Part shown: positions 32,687-44,848 of the stretch, one piece after another | How the letters are laid out: every line of letters starts with the position of its first letter | Position numbering within the stretch: position 1 is the stretch's first letter | DNA from: an uncultured Gammaproteobacteria bacterium | GTDB taxonomy: Bacteria; Pseudomonadota; Gammaproteobacteria; UBA9214 | Direction of reading: 5' to 3' | Assembly: GCA_963773065.1 (NCBI GenBank) | Contig: CAVYZN010000017.1 | Coordinates: 64,001 to 128,000 of the forward strand | DNA length: 64,000 nucleotides | Made by a program: the position numbers and the translations under genes | The notes under the pieces: generated by a model | Database searches by the model: none | Told to the model about the DNA's origin: nothing | Seen by the model: only the letters and a program-made list of their open reading frames with translations

Positions 32687-35477
32687 ATGGAAGCACAAAA
32701 CCAAATTCAAGCAGTATGTTTATTCCTTCCAGGAAGGAGACGGACACAACAAGAAGCTGCTCGGGGGCAAGGGTGCCAACCTGTGCGAAATGACCCAGAT
32801 CGGCTTAAATGTACCGCCTGGTTTCGTCATCAGCACCGAGGCCTGCCTGGCATACCTGGACTCATCGGACCACAGCCCGCCGGACGGGCTGGACGATCAG
32901 GTGCAGCAGCAGATCAGAGACCTGGAGCAGGCGACCGGCAAGGGCTTCGGCGACCCGAAGGACCCGCTGCTGGTTTCGGTGCGCTCGGGTTCGGCGATGT
33001 CCATGCCCGGCATGATGGACACTATCCTCAATCTGGGCCTCAATTCCGAAACCCTCGCCGGCCTGATCCGGCAGACGGGCAACCAGCGCTTCGGTTATGA
33101 CGCCTACCGCCGTTTCATCCAGCTCTTCGGCAAGGTGGCGCTGGGCATCGCCGACGAGAAATTCGACGAACCCTTCGATGAAATCAAGAAACGCGAGGGC
33201 GTGAAGGCCGACATCGGCCTGTCCGCCGATCACCTGCGGGAAATCAGCGATGTCTTCCTGGAGGTGGTACGCCATGAAACCGGCCGGCCCTTCCCCAGCA
33301 ACGTCTATGAACAGTTGGAGATCGCCATCAAGGCGGTGTTCAACTCCTGGCTGGGCAAGCGCGCCATCGACTACCGGCGTGAATTCCACATCACCCCGGA
33401 CATGGCCAACGGCACGGCCGTCAACGTCTGCACCATGGTGTTCGGCAACATGGGCAGCAGCAGCGCCACCGGCGTCGGCTTCACCCGCAACCCGGGGACC
33501 GGCGAGAACGTCATGTACGGTGAATACCTGGTCAATGCCCAGGGCGAGGACGTGGTGGCCGGCATCCGCACGCCCAAGCCGGTGCAGGAGATGGAGTACG
33601 AGATGCCGGAGATGTACACCCAGCTCGTCGACCTGCGCAACCGACTGGAGAACCATTACCGCGAGGTGCAGGATTATGAGTACACCATCGAGAACGGCAC
33701 CCTGTACTGCCTGCAAACCCGCAACGGCAAGATGAATGCCGCCGCCCGGGTCCGCACCTCGGTGGAAATGGTCAAAGAAGGTCTGATCGACCGCGATCAG
33801 GCGCTGCTGCGTGTGAATCCGGAGGAACTCGAACAACTGCTGCATCCGCGCCTCAACCCGAAACACACGATCAATGCGGTGGCGCAGGGACTGCCCGCCT
33901 CGCCCGGAGCCGCCTCCGGCGCCGTGGTGTTCGATGCCGACCGGGCGGAACTGTTGGGCCGCTCGGGCGAGAAGGTTATCCTGGTGCGCGAGGAAACCAA
34001 GCCCGAGGACATCCACGGCTTTTTCGCCGCGCAGGGCATCCTGACCAGCCGCGGCGGCAAGACCTCGCATGCGGCCGTCGTGGCGCGCGGCATGGGCAAG
34101 CCCTGCGTCGCCGGCGCCGAAGGCATCAAGGTGGACGTGCGCAGCCGCGTGGCGCATGTCGGCGAGAAGATCCTGCACGAAGGGGACATCATCACCATCG
34201 ACGGCGGCAGCGGCAATGTCTATCTCGGAGAGATCCCCACCGTCGCGCCCGAGTTTTCCCAGGAGCTGCACATCCTGCTGGAATGGGCCGACTCGGTGGC
34301 GCGCCTGAAGGTGATGACCAATGCCGACACCGCCGCCGCTGCCCAGCAGGCGCGCGAATACGGCGCCATGGGCATCGGCCTGTGCCGCACCGAACGCATG
34401 TTCAACGCCGCCGACCGCCTGCCGGTCGTGGTCGACATGATCCTGGCGAACACCACGGAGGAACGGCAGGCGGCGCTCGACCGGCTGCTGCCGATCCAGC
34501 GCAGTGATTTCAAGGAATTGCTCAAGGTCATGGCGCCGCGCCCGGTCACCATCCGCCTGCTCGATCCGCCGATCCACGAATTCCTTCCCAGTGAAAAACA
34601 ATTGGAGCAGGAACTCGATCACCTGCAGCAACTGCGCAAGACCGTGGAAGGCGTTACCGATCTGGTCGGCGCGATGCGCCTGATGCAAACCCAGACCCGT
34701 GGCACCCCTCCCATGCCGATACCCTTTGGCGAAGGCGGGACCGAACTGGTGAATGCCGCCATCGCCAAGAAACAACTGATGCTCAATAAGGTACGGGAAC
34801 TGTTCGAAATCAATCCCATGCTCGGCCATCGCGGCGTGCGCCTCGGCCTGACCTACCCGGAAATCTACGCCACGCAGATCCGCGCCGTACTCGAGGCGGT
34901 GGCCGAGTGCGCCAAGGACGGCATCGTCGTCGACGCCGAAATCATGGTGCCGCAGGTATGCACGTCGGAAGAGTTGCTGCGCGTCAAGCTGATCGTCGAC
35001 AAGGTCAAACGGCAGGTGGAGACCGAGTACGGGACGCCCGTGCAGTTCAAGTTCGGCACCATGATCGAAGTGGTCAGGGCGTGCATGCGCGCCCGGCGTC
35101 TGGCGGAAGTCGCGGAATTCTTCTCGTTCGGCACCAACGACCTCACCCAGGCCAGTTTCTCCTTCTCCCGGGAAGACGCGGAGAACAAGTTCCTGCCCTT
35201 CTATAACGAGTCCGGCATCCTGCAGGACAACCCGTTCGAGGTGCTGGACGTGAACGGGGTCGGTCAGTTGATGCGCATCACCGTGGAATGGGGCCGCAAG
35301 CAGCGGCCGGATCTGAAGGTGGGCATCTGCGGCGAGCAGGGCGGACACCCCTCCTCCATTCGTTTCTGTCACCACATCGGTCTCAATTACGTATCCTGCT
35401 CGCCGCCGCGGGTACCGGTAGCGCGTCTGGCGGCGGCCCACGCCGCGCTGACGGAAGACAGCTACCGCATCGACTGA
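32687..35477 (+). CDS. ppdK: Pyruvate phosphate dikinase (frameshift near 32700)
   Basis: LLGGKGANL, SVRSG, GGKTSHAAVVARG, GLCRTE, NPMLGHRG, FSFGTNDLTQ, GICGE. Confidence 0.95.
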
Positions 35478-35685
35478 GTCGTGGTGCCGATATTATTAAC
35501 CAATTGAAATATAATTTATTAACTACACTAAATGTGGCCTGCCCTAAGAACAGGGCAGGCCTTGATTTCAGGTAACCGGCCGGGTAGTGGCGCCTATGCC
35601 ACCACCTGGAAACACAGTTTCCGGGTGAGGGCATGAAAAATTATTCATGGCTGGGGCGCCGCCTGCCCAGATCCCGCCGGTGTTA

Positions 35686-36855
35686 TCAGAGACGGTAACG
35701 GAAATCGTGAGCGCGAAAACCGGCCACGGGTCCCTCGATGCCGCGCGCCAACCCCATGCACTTGAAGCGTTCACCCATCTCGCCGGGCAGTATCAGAGTC
35801 TTGGCCTGCCGGGCCTGCCGCAGATAGGCGGCCGAGTCGGTTGCCGGTATTGACTGCAACAGCTTGTCCAGGCCGCAGTCGAGCAGGAAATAGGCCTGGT
35901 TGGTGTAGCCGATCACGTCCAGTTCCGCCGCGACGCCCGCCTCGGCGACCGCGGTGAAATCCACATGTGCCGTGATGTCCTGCAATCCCGGCCACAGGAA
36001 CGGGTCGTCATGCGCGCGATGCCGGTAATAGCACAGCAGCGTTCCCGCCCGGCGCTGCGCATGGTAGTACTCGTGGCGCGGGTAGCCATAATCAACCAGC
36101 AGCAACAGGCCCCGGTCCAGCATCCCGGCAATGCCGCGCACCCAGGGCGCCAGCAGCAGGTTGATTTCAGAGACATACCCGGGAGCCAGGCCGGGGGTTT
36201 CGTCCAGCAGGCGCACCGCCGCGACCAGGTCAGGGTCGTGCGCCTCCCGGACACACCAGCCAAAGCCATCCCCGGTGCATTCGACATGAAACCGTTCAAT
36301 GCCGTCGCCGTTCCAGCGGAAGCGTTCCACCGGCATGGCATCCAGCACCTCGTTGGCCAGCAGCACGCCACGAAAGCCGGCTTCGGGCAGCGCATCGAGC
36401 CAGTCGACACGATCGCGCAGCGACGGCGCCGCAAGGCGCAGGGTTTCCCGCTGCCGGGCGCGCAATTCGGCGCTTGGCTCGAGGATCCGGTAGCGCGCCG
36501 GCAACCGGCCGAGCCGTTCCAGTTCCGCCAGCAGCGTCGCGGCCAGTTTGCCGGTGCCGGCGCCGAATTCCAGGATGTCTCCCCCGCCCAGTTCCGCCAG
36601 CACGCCGCTGCAGGTCTGCGCCAGGCAGCGTCCGAACAGCGTCGAGATCTCGGGTGCCGTGACGAAATCACCCGCGGCACCGAATTTCTGCGAACCGGCG
36701 CTGTAATAACCGCGTCCGGGACTGTAGAGGCACAGTTCCATGTAACGGGAAAACGGGATGGAGCCCCCGCCGGCCTGGATCTCCCGGCGGATCAGGGCCG
36801 CGAGTTGTTCGCTGTGGGCCTGCGCTGCGGCCGAGGGTGCGGGTAATGCCAGCAT
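35686..36855 (-). CDS. SAM-dependent methyltransferase, MidA/NDUFAF7 family
   Basis: GDFVTAPEIS, EFGAGTG, ANEVLDAMP, DYG, QDITAHVDF. Confidence 0.88.
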   Translation of the reverse strand: MLALPAPSAAAQAHSEQLAALIRREIQAGGGSIPFSRYMELCLYSPGRGYYSAGSQKFGAAGDFVTAPEISTLFGRCLAQTCSGVLAELGGGDILEFGAGTGKLAATLLAELERLGRLPARYRILEPSAELRARQRETLRLAAPSLRDRVDWLDALPEAGFRGVLLANEVLDAMPVERFRWNGDGIERFHVECTGDGFGWCVREAHDPDLVAAVRLLDETPGLAPGYVSEINLLLAPWVRGIAGMLDRGLLLLVDYGYPRHEYYHAQRRAGTLLCYYRHRAHDDPFLWPGLQDITAHVDFTAVAEAGVAAELDVIGYTNQAYFLLDCGLDKLLQSIPATDSAAYLRQARQAKTLILPGEMGERFKCMGLARGIEGPVAGFRAHDFRYRL

Positions 36856-36956
36856 GCCGGGATTAAACCACAGGACGACCCGGGCACGGCAGCGGCTTCT
36901 GAGTTTAGGGGAACCGAGGCGCAGCCGGATGCCGTGTACTCTGCCTGTAATAAACT

Positions 36957-37454
36957 TCAGGGCGCCGATGCAGGCGGCCAGTCAATACGCGATAAAGTCC
37001 GGCCCGCCTCGTCAAATTCGGACCACAGGTCGGCAAAGCGTCTGCCGGTGACGGGGTGGCGCAGCGAACCGGCGATCTCGGCAAGGGGCGCCAGCACGAA
37101 GGCATAGCGGGTGATATCCGCGCGCGGCAAGGTCATGCCGTCAGCCTCGGTGACCAGATCGCCGTAGAGCAGGAGATCGAGATCCAGCGTGCGGGCGGAC
37201 AGGCTGGCGGTGCGTATCCGGCCGCAGGTCGCTTCGATGCGATGCAGCACGTCCTGGATGGCCCGCGGGGTTTCTTCGGTGTCGAATCCCACAACCAGGT
37301 TGTAGAAGGGGGAGCTGTCAAAACCGACCGCCGCACTTTCATATACCGAGGATTGTGCGAGCGGGCCAAAGGATTCGGCCAGCCGGCGCAGTGCCGCCGC
37401 GATGTTTCGTTCACGATCTATATTGCTGCCCACGCTGACATACACGCGCACCAT
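36957..37454 (-). CDS. folK: HPPK (6-hydroxymethyl-dihydropterin diphosphokinase)
   Basis: SVGSNI, RTLDLDLLLYG, FVLAPLAEI. Confidence 0.92.
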   Translation of the reverse strand: MVRVYVSVGSNIDRERNIAAALRRLAESFGPLAQSSVYESAAVGFDSSPFYNLVVGFDTEETPRAIQDVLHRIEATCGRIRTASLSARTLDLDLLLYGDLVTEADGMTLPRADITRYAFVLAPLAEIAGSLRHPVTGRRFADLWSEFDEAGRTLSRIDWPPASAP

Positions 37455-37817
37455 TCAAGCAGGCTCCCGTGCGCTCCGCTCGATCATGACCCCGACATCG
37501 CGCGAACCCCGCACGGCGCCGGGTTTGCGCAGCTTGAGCCGCAGCCAGGGCACGTTGAATTCATCGAGCACGATCGCGGCGATGCTCTCGGCCAGCGTTT
37601 CCACCAGTTGGAACTCGCTCGTACCGACAAAATCGATGAGGCGCTTGGCGACGGCCTTGTAATTGAGCGTGTCGTCAATGCTGTCCGTGGCGGCCGCCTT
37701 GCGGATATCCGCCGCCATCTCCAGATCGAGACTGACCGTTTGCCTGACCACCCGCTCCCAGTCATAGATTCCGATGATGGTCTCTATCCGCAAGTCACTG
37801 ATGAAGATAATGTCCAT
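37455..37817 (-). CDS. folB: Dihydroneopterin aldolase
   Basis: IGIYDWER, LNY, LVETLAE, KPGAV. Confidence 0.93.
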   Translation of the reverse strand: MDIIFISDLRIETIIGIYDWERVVRQTVSLDLEMAADIRKAAATDSIDDTLNYKAVAKRLIDFVGTSEFQLVETLAESIAAIVLDEFNVPWLRLKLRKPGAVRGSRDVGVMIERSAREPA

Positions 37818-37942
37818 GTTACTCCCACGCCGTTGTCCGTGCGGCCAATATAGGTTCTTGCCGTCCCGTTTGCCAGTCGCGGCACGAAACAAACGACCGG
37901 CGCCGCTTGACGGCGCGCGGCTTAGCGATTCCAATGCGCCCT

Positions 37943-38560
37943 ATGATCATTGATTTCCTCTTGGTACTGGGCGGTTATCTGTTCGGCTCGATCTCCACCG
38001 CCATCGTCACCTGCCGTCTCATGGGGCTGCCGGACCCGCGCACCGAGGGTTCATACAATCCCGGCGCGACCAATGTCCTGCGGCTGGGTGGAAAAAAGGC
38101 GGCGTTTCTCACCCTGACGGGCGATATGCTCAAGGGCCTGATACCGGTGTTGATTGCCCAGGCCCTGCATGCCGGCCCGATCGTCCAGGCCGCCACGGCG
38201 CTGGCCGCCTTTCTTGGCCATCTCTACCCGGTGTTTTTCAGTTTCCAGGGCGGCAAGGGTGTCGCCACCGCGCTGGGTGTGGCCTTTGGCCTGTACTGGC
38301 CGGTCGGTCTGAGCGTCGCCGGCATCTGGCTGCTGATGGCCTTCCTGTTTCGCATTTCCTCGCTATCCGCCTTGACGGCCATGTTGCTGGCGCCGGCCTG
38401 TTTCTGGTGGTTCAAACCCGAACCGGCGTTTATCGGCGTCATGATCGTCATCACCCTCATGCTGTTCTGGCGGCACCGGACCAATATCCGCGATCTCCTC
38501 AATGGCACCGAGGGCAGGATCGAGTTGCACTCCAGCCGGAACAAGGGAAATACCGACTGA
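37943..38560 (+). CDS. plsY: Glycerol-3-phosphate acyltransferase PlsY
   Basis: GSYNPGATNVLR, GHLYPVF..FQGGKGVAT, HRTNI. Confidence 0.94.
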   Translation: MIIDFLLVLGGYLFGSISTAIVTCRLMGLPDPRTEGSYNPGATNVLRLGGKKAAFLTLTGDMLKGLIPVLIAQALHAGPIVQAATALAAFLGHLYPVFFSFQGGKGVATALGVAFGLYWPVGLSVAGIWLLMAFLFRISSLSALTAMLLAPACFWWFKPEPAFIGVMIVITLMLFWRHRTNIRDLLNGTEGRIELHSSRNKGNTD

Positions 38561-38625
38561 AACGGGAAAGCGACATCCCGAGACCCATACGGTACAACCG
38601 GCCGCAAATCCACTGGGATGGCCGG

Positions 38626-39639
38626 CTACACGGCTGCCAGTTCTTCCAGGGACCAGCGTGGCAACACCGTGACGGAAAGCGCTTGCGTCTGACCGGCCTT
38701 AAGCCGCCAGTAACCCGCGCAGGCGATCATGGCGCCGTTATCGGTGCAAAACTCCGGCCGCGGAAAGAAGACGCGCCCGCCTTCCCGCGCCATGAGGCCG
38801 GAAAGCCGCTCGCGCAGGCGCTGATTGGCGCCCACGCCACCCGCCACCACCAGGCGCTTGACTCCGGCCTCGGTAACGGCGCGGCGACACTTGATCATCA
38901 GGGTATCGACCACGGCCTCTTCAAATGCACGGGCGATATCCGCCCGGTCCTGCTCGCTCTGCGGGCAGTGACGCCAGGTGTTCAGGGCGAAGGTCTTGAG
39001 CCCGCTGAAGCTGAAATCCAGTCCCGGACGATCGGTCATGGGACGCGGGAAAATAAACCGCGCCGGGTCTCCCTCCCGCGCCAATTCGGCGAGTGCCGGC
39101 CCGCCCGGATACGGCAGTCCAAGCAGCTTGGCCGTCTTGTCGAAGGCCTCGCCGACGGCATCATCGATGGAGTCTCCCAGAATCCGGTAGCGACCCACTC
39201 CGCCGACTTCGACCAGCAGGCTGTGGCCACCGGACACCAGCAGCGCGATGAAGGGAAATTCGGGCGACTCCGCCTCCAGCATCGGTGCCAGCAAGTGACC
39301 CTCCATGTGATGAATGGCGATGGCGGGTACGCTCCATGCCCAGGCCAGGCTGCGCCCGGTCAGCGCGCCTACCAGCAGGGCCCCGACCAGTCCCGGGCCG
39401 GCAGTATACGCCACGCCGTCCACCCGTCCAGGGGAAATGCCGCTATCTTTCAGAACCTTATGCACCAGCGGCAAGAGCTTGCGGACGTGGTCCCGGGAGG
39501 CCAGTTCCGGCACCACACCCCCGTAACGGGCATGGAGAGCGACCTGGCTGTACAGGGCATGGGCCAGCAGCCCGTCATCGCCGTCATACACCGCCACGCC
39601 GGTTTCGTCACACGAGGTTTCTATGCCCAACACACGCAT
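38626..39639 (-). CDS. tsaD: t6A synthase TsaD
   Basis: [44 protein letters not shown]. Confidence 0.96.
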   Translation of the reverse strand: MRVLGIETSCDETGVAVYDGDDGLLAHALYSQVALHARYGGVVPELASRDHVRKLLPLVHKVLKDSGISPGRVDGVAYTAGPGLVGALLVGALTGRSLAWAWSVPAIAIHHMEGHLLAPMLEAESPEFPFIALLVSGGHSLLVEVGGVGRYRILGDSIDDAVGEAFDKTAKLLGLPYPGGPALAELAREGDPARFIFPRPMTDRPGLDFSFSGLKTFALNTWRHCPQSEQDRADIARAFEEAVVDTLMIKCRRAVTEAGVKRLVVAGGVGANQRLRERLSGLMAREGGRVFFPRPEFCTDNGAMIACAGYWRLKAGQTQALSVTVLPRWSLEELAAV

Positions 39640-39680
39640 GTTGGGATTATCTACGCCAGTTCTTGTTACACAAGGAAATT

Positions 39681-39709
39681 TTGCCTTTTCGCCGTGACCT
39701 GTATAAAAT
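39681..39709 (+). promoter_or_regulatory. Sigma70 promoter for rpsU
   Basis: TTGCCT-17 bp-TAAAAT. Confidence 0.55.
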
Positions 39710-39753
39710 GCGCAGCCCTCACTCACTGAGCTGGACAACCCTCTGGATCCTGT

Positions 39754-39969
39754 ATGCCTAATGTACGTGTAAAAGATAACGAACCGTTCGAGATCGCCAT
39801 GCGCCGCTTCAAGCGTGCCTGCGAAAAGGCCGGCATTCTTGCCGAAGTGCGCCGTCGCGAGTTTTACGAAAAACCCACCCAGGAGCGCAAACGCAAGCAG
39901 GCCGCTGCCGTCAAGCGCACCCAAAAAAAGGTCTCGCGCGAACTCGCGCGCCGCGTACGCCTCTACTGA
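39754..39969 (+). CDS. rpsU: 30S ribosomal protein S21
   Basis: RRFKR.CEKAG...[12 protein letters not shown]. Confidence 0.97.
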   Translation: MPNVRVKDNEPFEIAMRRFKRACEKAGILAEVRRREFYEKPTQERKRKQAAAVKRTQKKVSRELARRVRLY

Positions 39970-39991
39970 GTCCCGGAATCATCCCTTCGCC

Positions 39992-40435
39992 GTGTCCCTC
40001 AAGGAGCGCATTCAGCAGGACATGAAAGACGCCATGCGCGCCGGTAACAAGCCGCGGCTGGCGGCCATCCGCCTGATCCTGGCCTCGATCAAACAGAAAG
40101 AGGTCGATGAGCGCAAGGATCTCGACGATGCCGAAATCACGGCCGTGCTCGACAGGATGGTCAAGCAGCGGCGCGAATCCATCAGCCATTTCGAAAAGGC
40201 CGGCCGCAACGACCTGGTCGAACAGGAATCGGCCGAACTGGCCATCATCCGGGAATATCTTCCGGAACAACTCAGTCAGGACCAGTTGCATGCCCTGATC
40301 GATGACGCCATGGCACAGACCGGTGCATCATCCATCAAGGACATGGGCAAGGTGATGGGCCATCTGAAACCCAAACTGCAAGGCCGCGCGGACATGGGCA
40401 CCGTCAGCGCCCTGATCAAGGCCCGACTGGGCTGA
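39992..40435 (+). CDS. GatB/YqeY domain protein
   Basis: MKDAMRA, KQRRESI, YLPEQLS, DMGKVMG; GTG start. Confidence 0.9.
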   Translation: MSLKERIQQDMKDAMRAGNKPRLAAIRLILASIKQKEVDERKDLDDAEITAVLDRMVKQRRESISHFEKAGRNDLVEQESAELAIIREYLPEQLSQDQLHALIDDAMAQTGASSIKDMGKVMGHLKPKLQGRADMGTVSALIKARLG

Positions 40436-40545
40436 CCCTCCTACCGGCAGCGCGGTCGACAACCGTTTCCAAGCGAAAATACCGCCTGATTTGCCCGGGC
40501 CGATGAGGCATGGCGGATCACAGTTGTCCCGGGTGTGATGCGGGG

Positions 40546-40570
40546 AAAAAAATGGCGGCTGTAAGCCGCC
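40546..40570 (-). terminator. Intrinsic terminator on the minus strand inside the rpsU-dnaG region
   Basis: GGCGGCTTACAGCCGCCA followed by T7 on the minus strand. Confidence 0.65.
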
Positions 40571-40784
40571 GGATAGGAAAATGTCACGATGAAAAAACCC
40601 TTGGGGTATCTAAGATGCACTTAACAATTAGGGTAAGTACTTAACCGATCACCTGGCCATGTGGACTACAGGAAGACCGAGGCAAGGCCGCAATAAACAC
40701 GTTCCAGCCGGGTAACGGCGAATCAGCATTGCCCATAGTTACCGGCGCTTTCCTTCAGGCCCCAACCCTTTTACCCTTATTCAC

Positions 40785-42560
40785 ATGGCCGGCCGTATTC
40801 CCCACGCGTTCATCGATGAGCTGCTGACGCACACCGATATCGTCGACGTTATCGATTCCCGCGTGCCACTTAAAAAGGCCGGACGGGAGTACAAGGCCTG
40901 CTGTCCGTTCCATAATGAAAAAACACCTTCATTTACCGTCAGCCAAGTGAAACAGTTCTATCATTGCTTCGGTTGCGGCGCCCACGGTAGCGCCATCAGC
41001 TTCCTGATGGAATACGAACATATGGAGTTCGTGGAGGCCGTCGAGGAACTCGCCCATAGTGCCGGTCTGGAAGTTCCGCGCGAGGCGGCGTCCGGGACGG
41101 CATCGCACGAGTCCAGCCAGCCCCTGTATGCCCTGCTCGAGGAAGTCTCGCATTATTACCGGCAGCAACTGCGCACCCACCCGCAGGCAGCCCGCGCGGT
41201 TGAGTATCTCAAGCGGCGCGGATTGACCGGCGACATCGCCGCGCGTTTCGACATCGGCTTCGCTCCGCCCGGATGGGACAATCTGGCCAGGGCGCTGGGC
41301 AAGGACACGTCATCACGCGCGGCATTGCTCGAAACCGGGTTGCTCATCGAACGCAACGACGGCAGCGGGGGCTACGACCGTTTTCGCGACCGGATCCAAT
41401 TCCCCATTCGCGATCGGCGTGGCCGCACCGTCGGTTTTGGGGGACGGGTCCTCGGTGACGACACTCCCAAATACCTCAATAGCCCCGAATCCTTGGTCTT
41501 CCACAAGGGCCGCGAACTATATGGACTGTATGAGGCACGCAAGGCCTTGCGCCATTTGGAACGCATCCTGGTGGTGGAAGGCTATATGGACGTGTTGGCA
41601 CTGGCCCAGTTCGACATCAACTATGCCGTTGCCACCCTCGGAACGGCCACCACACCCGACCATCTGGAACGCCTGTACCGCACGGTGCCCGAAGTGGTGT
41701 TCTGCTTCGATGGCGACCGTGCCGGGCGCGCCGCGGCCTGGCGGGCACTGGAAATCGCCCTCCCCGTTCTGACCGACGGACGTGAAGCCCGATTCCTGTT
41801 CCTGCCGGAAGGAGAGGACCCGGATACCCTGGTACGCAAGATCGGCAAGCATGAATTTGAACAAGGCATCATGAATTCCGTTCACTTGTCCGATTTTCTT
41901 TTCGACCACCTCTCCAGCCAGGTCGATACGGCCAGCATCGATGGCCGGGCGCGGCTGGTGGACCTGGCCCGGCCACTCTTGTCCAGGCTTCCGGAGAGCA
42001 TCTTCCGCCAGCTCATGCTGGAACGATTAGCGCAAATTGCACGCACCGACAGCATCCGCCTGGCTGGTCGTCTAGACAAACCAGCCGAATACAGGGCCGG
42101 CGCGGGGACAGCGACCGCCGTGTCCGCGCACACCACCGGCGAAGGCAAATCGCCGGTCCGGGAAGCGATAGCCATGTTGCTGCACCAGCCGGACCTGGCA
42201 CTGAAAATCGAATCGCCACCGATCCAGGAACCCGATACCGTCCCGGGTGTCTCACTGTTGCTTGAGTTGCTGGAATTGCTGCAGCGGCAACCGGGACTGA
42301 ATACCGGAGCGGTACTGGAACACTGGCGCGGGCGCGAGGAGTCACGCTACCTGCACAAGCTGGCCCAATGGACGCCATTGACTGAGAATCTTGACCTGGC
42401 GGCGGAAGTGCGCGGCAATCTGACCCGGATAACACACCGGATAACCGACATACGGATCGGCGAATTATTGGATGCCGAACGCCATAGAGCGTTAAATGAA
42501 GTGGAAAAACAGGAACTTAAATCATTATTTCAATCGCGCCAGCCCGGCGACTGGCGGTAA
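40785..42560 (+). CDS. dnaG: DNA primase
   Basis: CPFHNEKTPSF zinc finger, KYLNSPE, VEGYMDV, FDGDRAG. Confidence 0.97.
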   Translation: MAGRIPHAFIDELLTHTDIVDVIDSRVPLKKAGREYKACCPFHNEKTPSFTVSQVKQFYHCFGCGAHGSAISFLMEYEHMEFVEAVEELAHSAGLEVPREAASGTASHESSQPLYALLEEVSHYYRQQLRTHPQAARAVEYLKRRGLTGDIAARFDIGFAPPGWDNLARALGKDTSSRAALLETGLLIERNDGSGGYDRFRDRIQFPIRDRRGRTVGFGGRVLGDDTPKYLNSPESLVFHKGRELYGLYEARKALRHLERILVVEGYMDVLALAQFDINYAVATLGTATTPDHLERLYRTVPEVVFCFDGDRAGRAAAWRALEIALPVLTDGREARFLFLPEGEDPDTLVRKIGKHEFEQGIMNSVHLSDFLFDHLSSQVDTASIDGRARLVDLARPLLSRLPESIFRQLMLERLAQIARTDSIRLAGRLDKPAEYRAGAGTATAVSAHTTGEGKSPVREAIAMLLHQPDLALKIESPPIQEPDTVPGVSLLLELLELLQRQPGLNTGAVLEHWRGREESRYLHKLAQWTPLTENLDLAAEVRGNLTRITHRITDIRIGELLDAERHRALNEVEKQELKSLFQSRQPGDWR

Positions 42561-42687
42561 TCTCACGGGTGTGCAAGGGCTTGTTTTTCTCTTGGCCGAC
42601 TATCATTTATTAATTATACTGCGCGATTGATTTGACCCCCTTTATCGGTTCCTAATGACGGCAGCGCGCATGCCGCTACATGTGGCT

Positions 42688-44520
42688 ATGGACAAAAATC
42701 AACAGTCTCGACTGAAGCACCTTATTGAGAAAGGCAAGGACCAGGGCTTCCTGACCTATGCCGAGGTGAATGATCATCTTCCCGAGGAGATCGTCGATCC
42801 GCAGCAGATCGAGGATATCATCGCGATGATCAATGATATGGGCATTCTGGTGCATGAAGTCGCACCGGATGCGGACTCTTTGCTGCTCGCCAGTACCAAG
42901 AATTCGGCCGATGACGATGCCGCCGAGGAAGCCGCGGCCACCCTGGTCACCGTGGACAGCGAGTTCGGCCGGACCACGGATCCGGTACGCATGTACATGC
43001 GCGAAATGGGCACAGTCGAACTGCTCACCCGCGAGGGCGAGATCGTCATCGCCAAGCGGATCGAGGACGGCCTGAACCAGGTCATCATTGCGCTTGCTTC
43101 TTTCCCCGAATCCACGGCAACCCTGCTGCGCGCCTTCGAACGCGTGGAAGCCGGCGATATGCGTCTGAACGATCTTATCAGCGGCTTTGTCGACCCCAAC
43201 GCCGATGAGGAAGCGGCGCCGCGTGAGGAAACACTGTCCCCGCCCCCGGATGATGACGGCATCAGCGGTGACGAAGATGATGCCGATGCCCCCATGGTCG
43301 ATACCGGACCCGACCCAGAGGAGGCACGCAAGGTTTTCGCGGAAATGGAGAAAACCTATAGCCTACTGCAGAAGGCTTTCGAGAAAGGCAGTGGCAACCA
43401 GACGCGCATCGAGAAACTGCGCACACAGCTTGAACAGCAGTTTGTGATACTCAAGCTGGTTCCGCGCATCGTGGAAATACTGACGGCGAATCTGCGGCGC
43501 AACATTGACCGTATACGCACTCACGAGCGCGCCATCATGGACATCTGCATCAAGAATGCCGATATGCCACGCAAGGATTTCATTACCTCCTTCCCTGACA
43601 ATGAAACCAATCTGCAGTGGGTTAACAGGCAGATCGAGGGTAACCATAAATACTCCGCGCAGCTGGCGCAGTATCGCGATGAAATCCTGCGCATACAGAA
43701 CAAGCTGATTTCGATCCAGGATGAAGCGCACCTGTCCATCGCTGAAATCAAGGACATCAATCGCCGCATGTCCATCGGCGAGGCTAAGGCGCGCCGCGCC
43801 AAGAAGGAAATGGTGGAAGCCAACCTGCGTCTGGTGATCTCGATTGCGAAGAAATACACCAATCGCGGCCTGCAGTTCCTCGACCTGATTCAGGAAGGCA
43901 ATATCGGCCTGATGAAGGCCGTGGACAAATTCGAGTACCGGCGCGGTTACAAGTTTTCAACCTATGCGACGTGGTGGATACGCCAGGCCATAACCCGGTC
44001 CATCGCCGACCAGGCGCGCACGATCCGCATCCCGGTGCACATGATTGAAACCATCAACAAGCTCAACCGTATCTCGCGCCAGATGCTGCAGGAAATCGGC
44101 CGGGAACCAACCCCGGAAGAACTGGCCGAGCGCATGGACATGCCGGAAGACAAGGTACGGAAGGTCCTGAAGATCGCCAAGGAACCGATCTCCATGGAAA
44201 CGCCGATCGGCGATGACGAAGACTCCCATCTCGGGGACTTCATCGAGGACACCAACATCGCCTCGCCGATCGACTCCGCCTCTATGGAGGGCCTCAAGGA
44301 AGCCACGCAGGATGTGCTGGCCGGCCTGACGCCGCGTGAAGCCAAGGTACTGCGCATGCGTTTCGGCATCGACATGAATACCGACCACACGCTGGAAGAA
44401 GTCGGCAAGCAGTTTGATGTCACGCGCGAGCGAATCCGGCAGATCGAAGCCAAGGCCTTGCGCAAGCTGCGCCACCCCACCCGGTCGGAACCGTTGCGCA
44501 GCTTCCTGGAGATAGATTAA
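42688..44520 (+). CDS. rpoD: RNA polymerase sigma factor RpoD
   Basis: [51 protein letters not shown]. Confidence 0.98.
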   Translation: MDKNQQSRLKHLIEKGKDQGFLTYAEVNDHLPEEIVDPQQIEDIIAMINDMGILVHEVAPDADSLLLASTKNSADDDAAEEAAATLVTVDSEFGRTTDPVRMYMREMGTVELLTREGEIVIAKRIEDGLNQVIIALASFPESTATLLRAFERVEAGDMRLNDLISGFVDPNADEEAAPREETLSPPPDDDGISGDEDDADAPMVDTGPDPEEARKVFAEMEKTYSLLQKAFEKGSGNQTRIEKLRTQLEQQFVILKLVPRIVEILTANLRRNIDRIRTHERAIMDICIKNADMPRKDFITSFPDNETNLQWVNRQIEGNHKYSAQLAQYRDEILRIQNKLISIQDEAHLSIAEIKDINRRMSIGEAKARRAKKEMVEANLRLVISIAKKYTNRGLQFLDLIQEGNIGLMKAVDKFEYRRGYKFSTYATWWIRQAITRSIADQARTIRIPVHMIETINKLNRISRQMLQEIGREPTPEELAERMDMPEDKVRKVLKIAKEPISMETPIGDDEDSHLGDFIEDTNIASPIDSASMEGLKEATQDVLAGLTPREAKVLRMRFGIDMNTDHTLEEVGKQFDVTRERIRQIEAKALRKLRHPTRSEPLRSFLEID

Positions 44521-44604
44521 AAAGACGGAACGGTGGCCGACCACGCCGGAAAGCGGTTGGTCACCAAACGCCGCACGGCTATACTCTCCGCCCTGTGCGC
44601 ATAC

Positions 44605-44681
<77 letters not shown>

Positions 44682-44848
44682 TATCTCCTGGAAAATCTTG
44701 GCCTTATGACATTCGGACCGGGGGATCAGAGTCCCTTGGTGCAACCCATAGCGGGCGCATAGGCAGCAATTCGGGTGACCAACCTGTTTGCCAACCGGCA
44801 AGCCACCTGTGCGCATAGCTTACCGGCAAGGTGCCGGTGCTTCGTCCG

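Noticed and set aside
32862-35441. 859-aa antisense ORF, and similar long antisense or alternate-frame ORFs over aprA, cbbR, dxs and rpoD
   Set aside because: Shadow ORFs caused by high-GC codon bias opposite well-supported genes.
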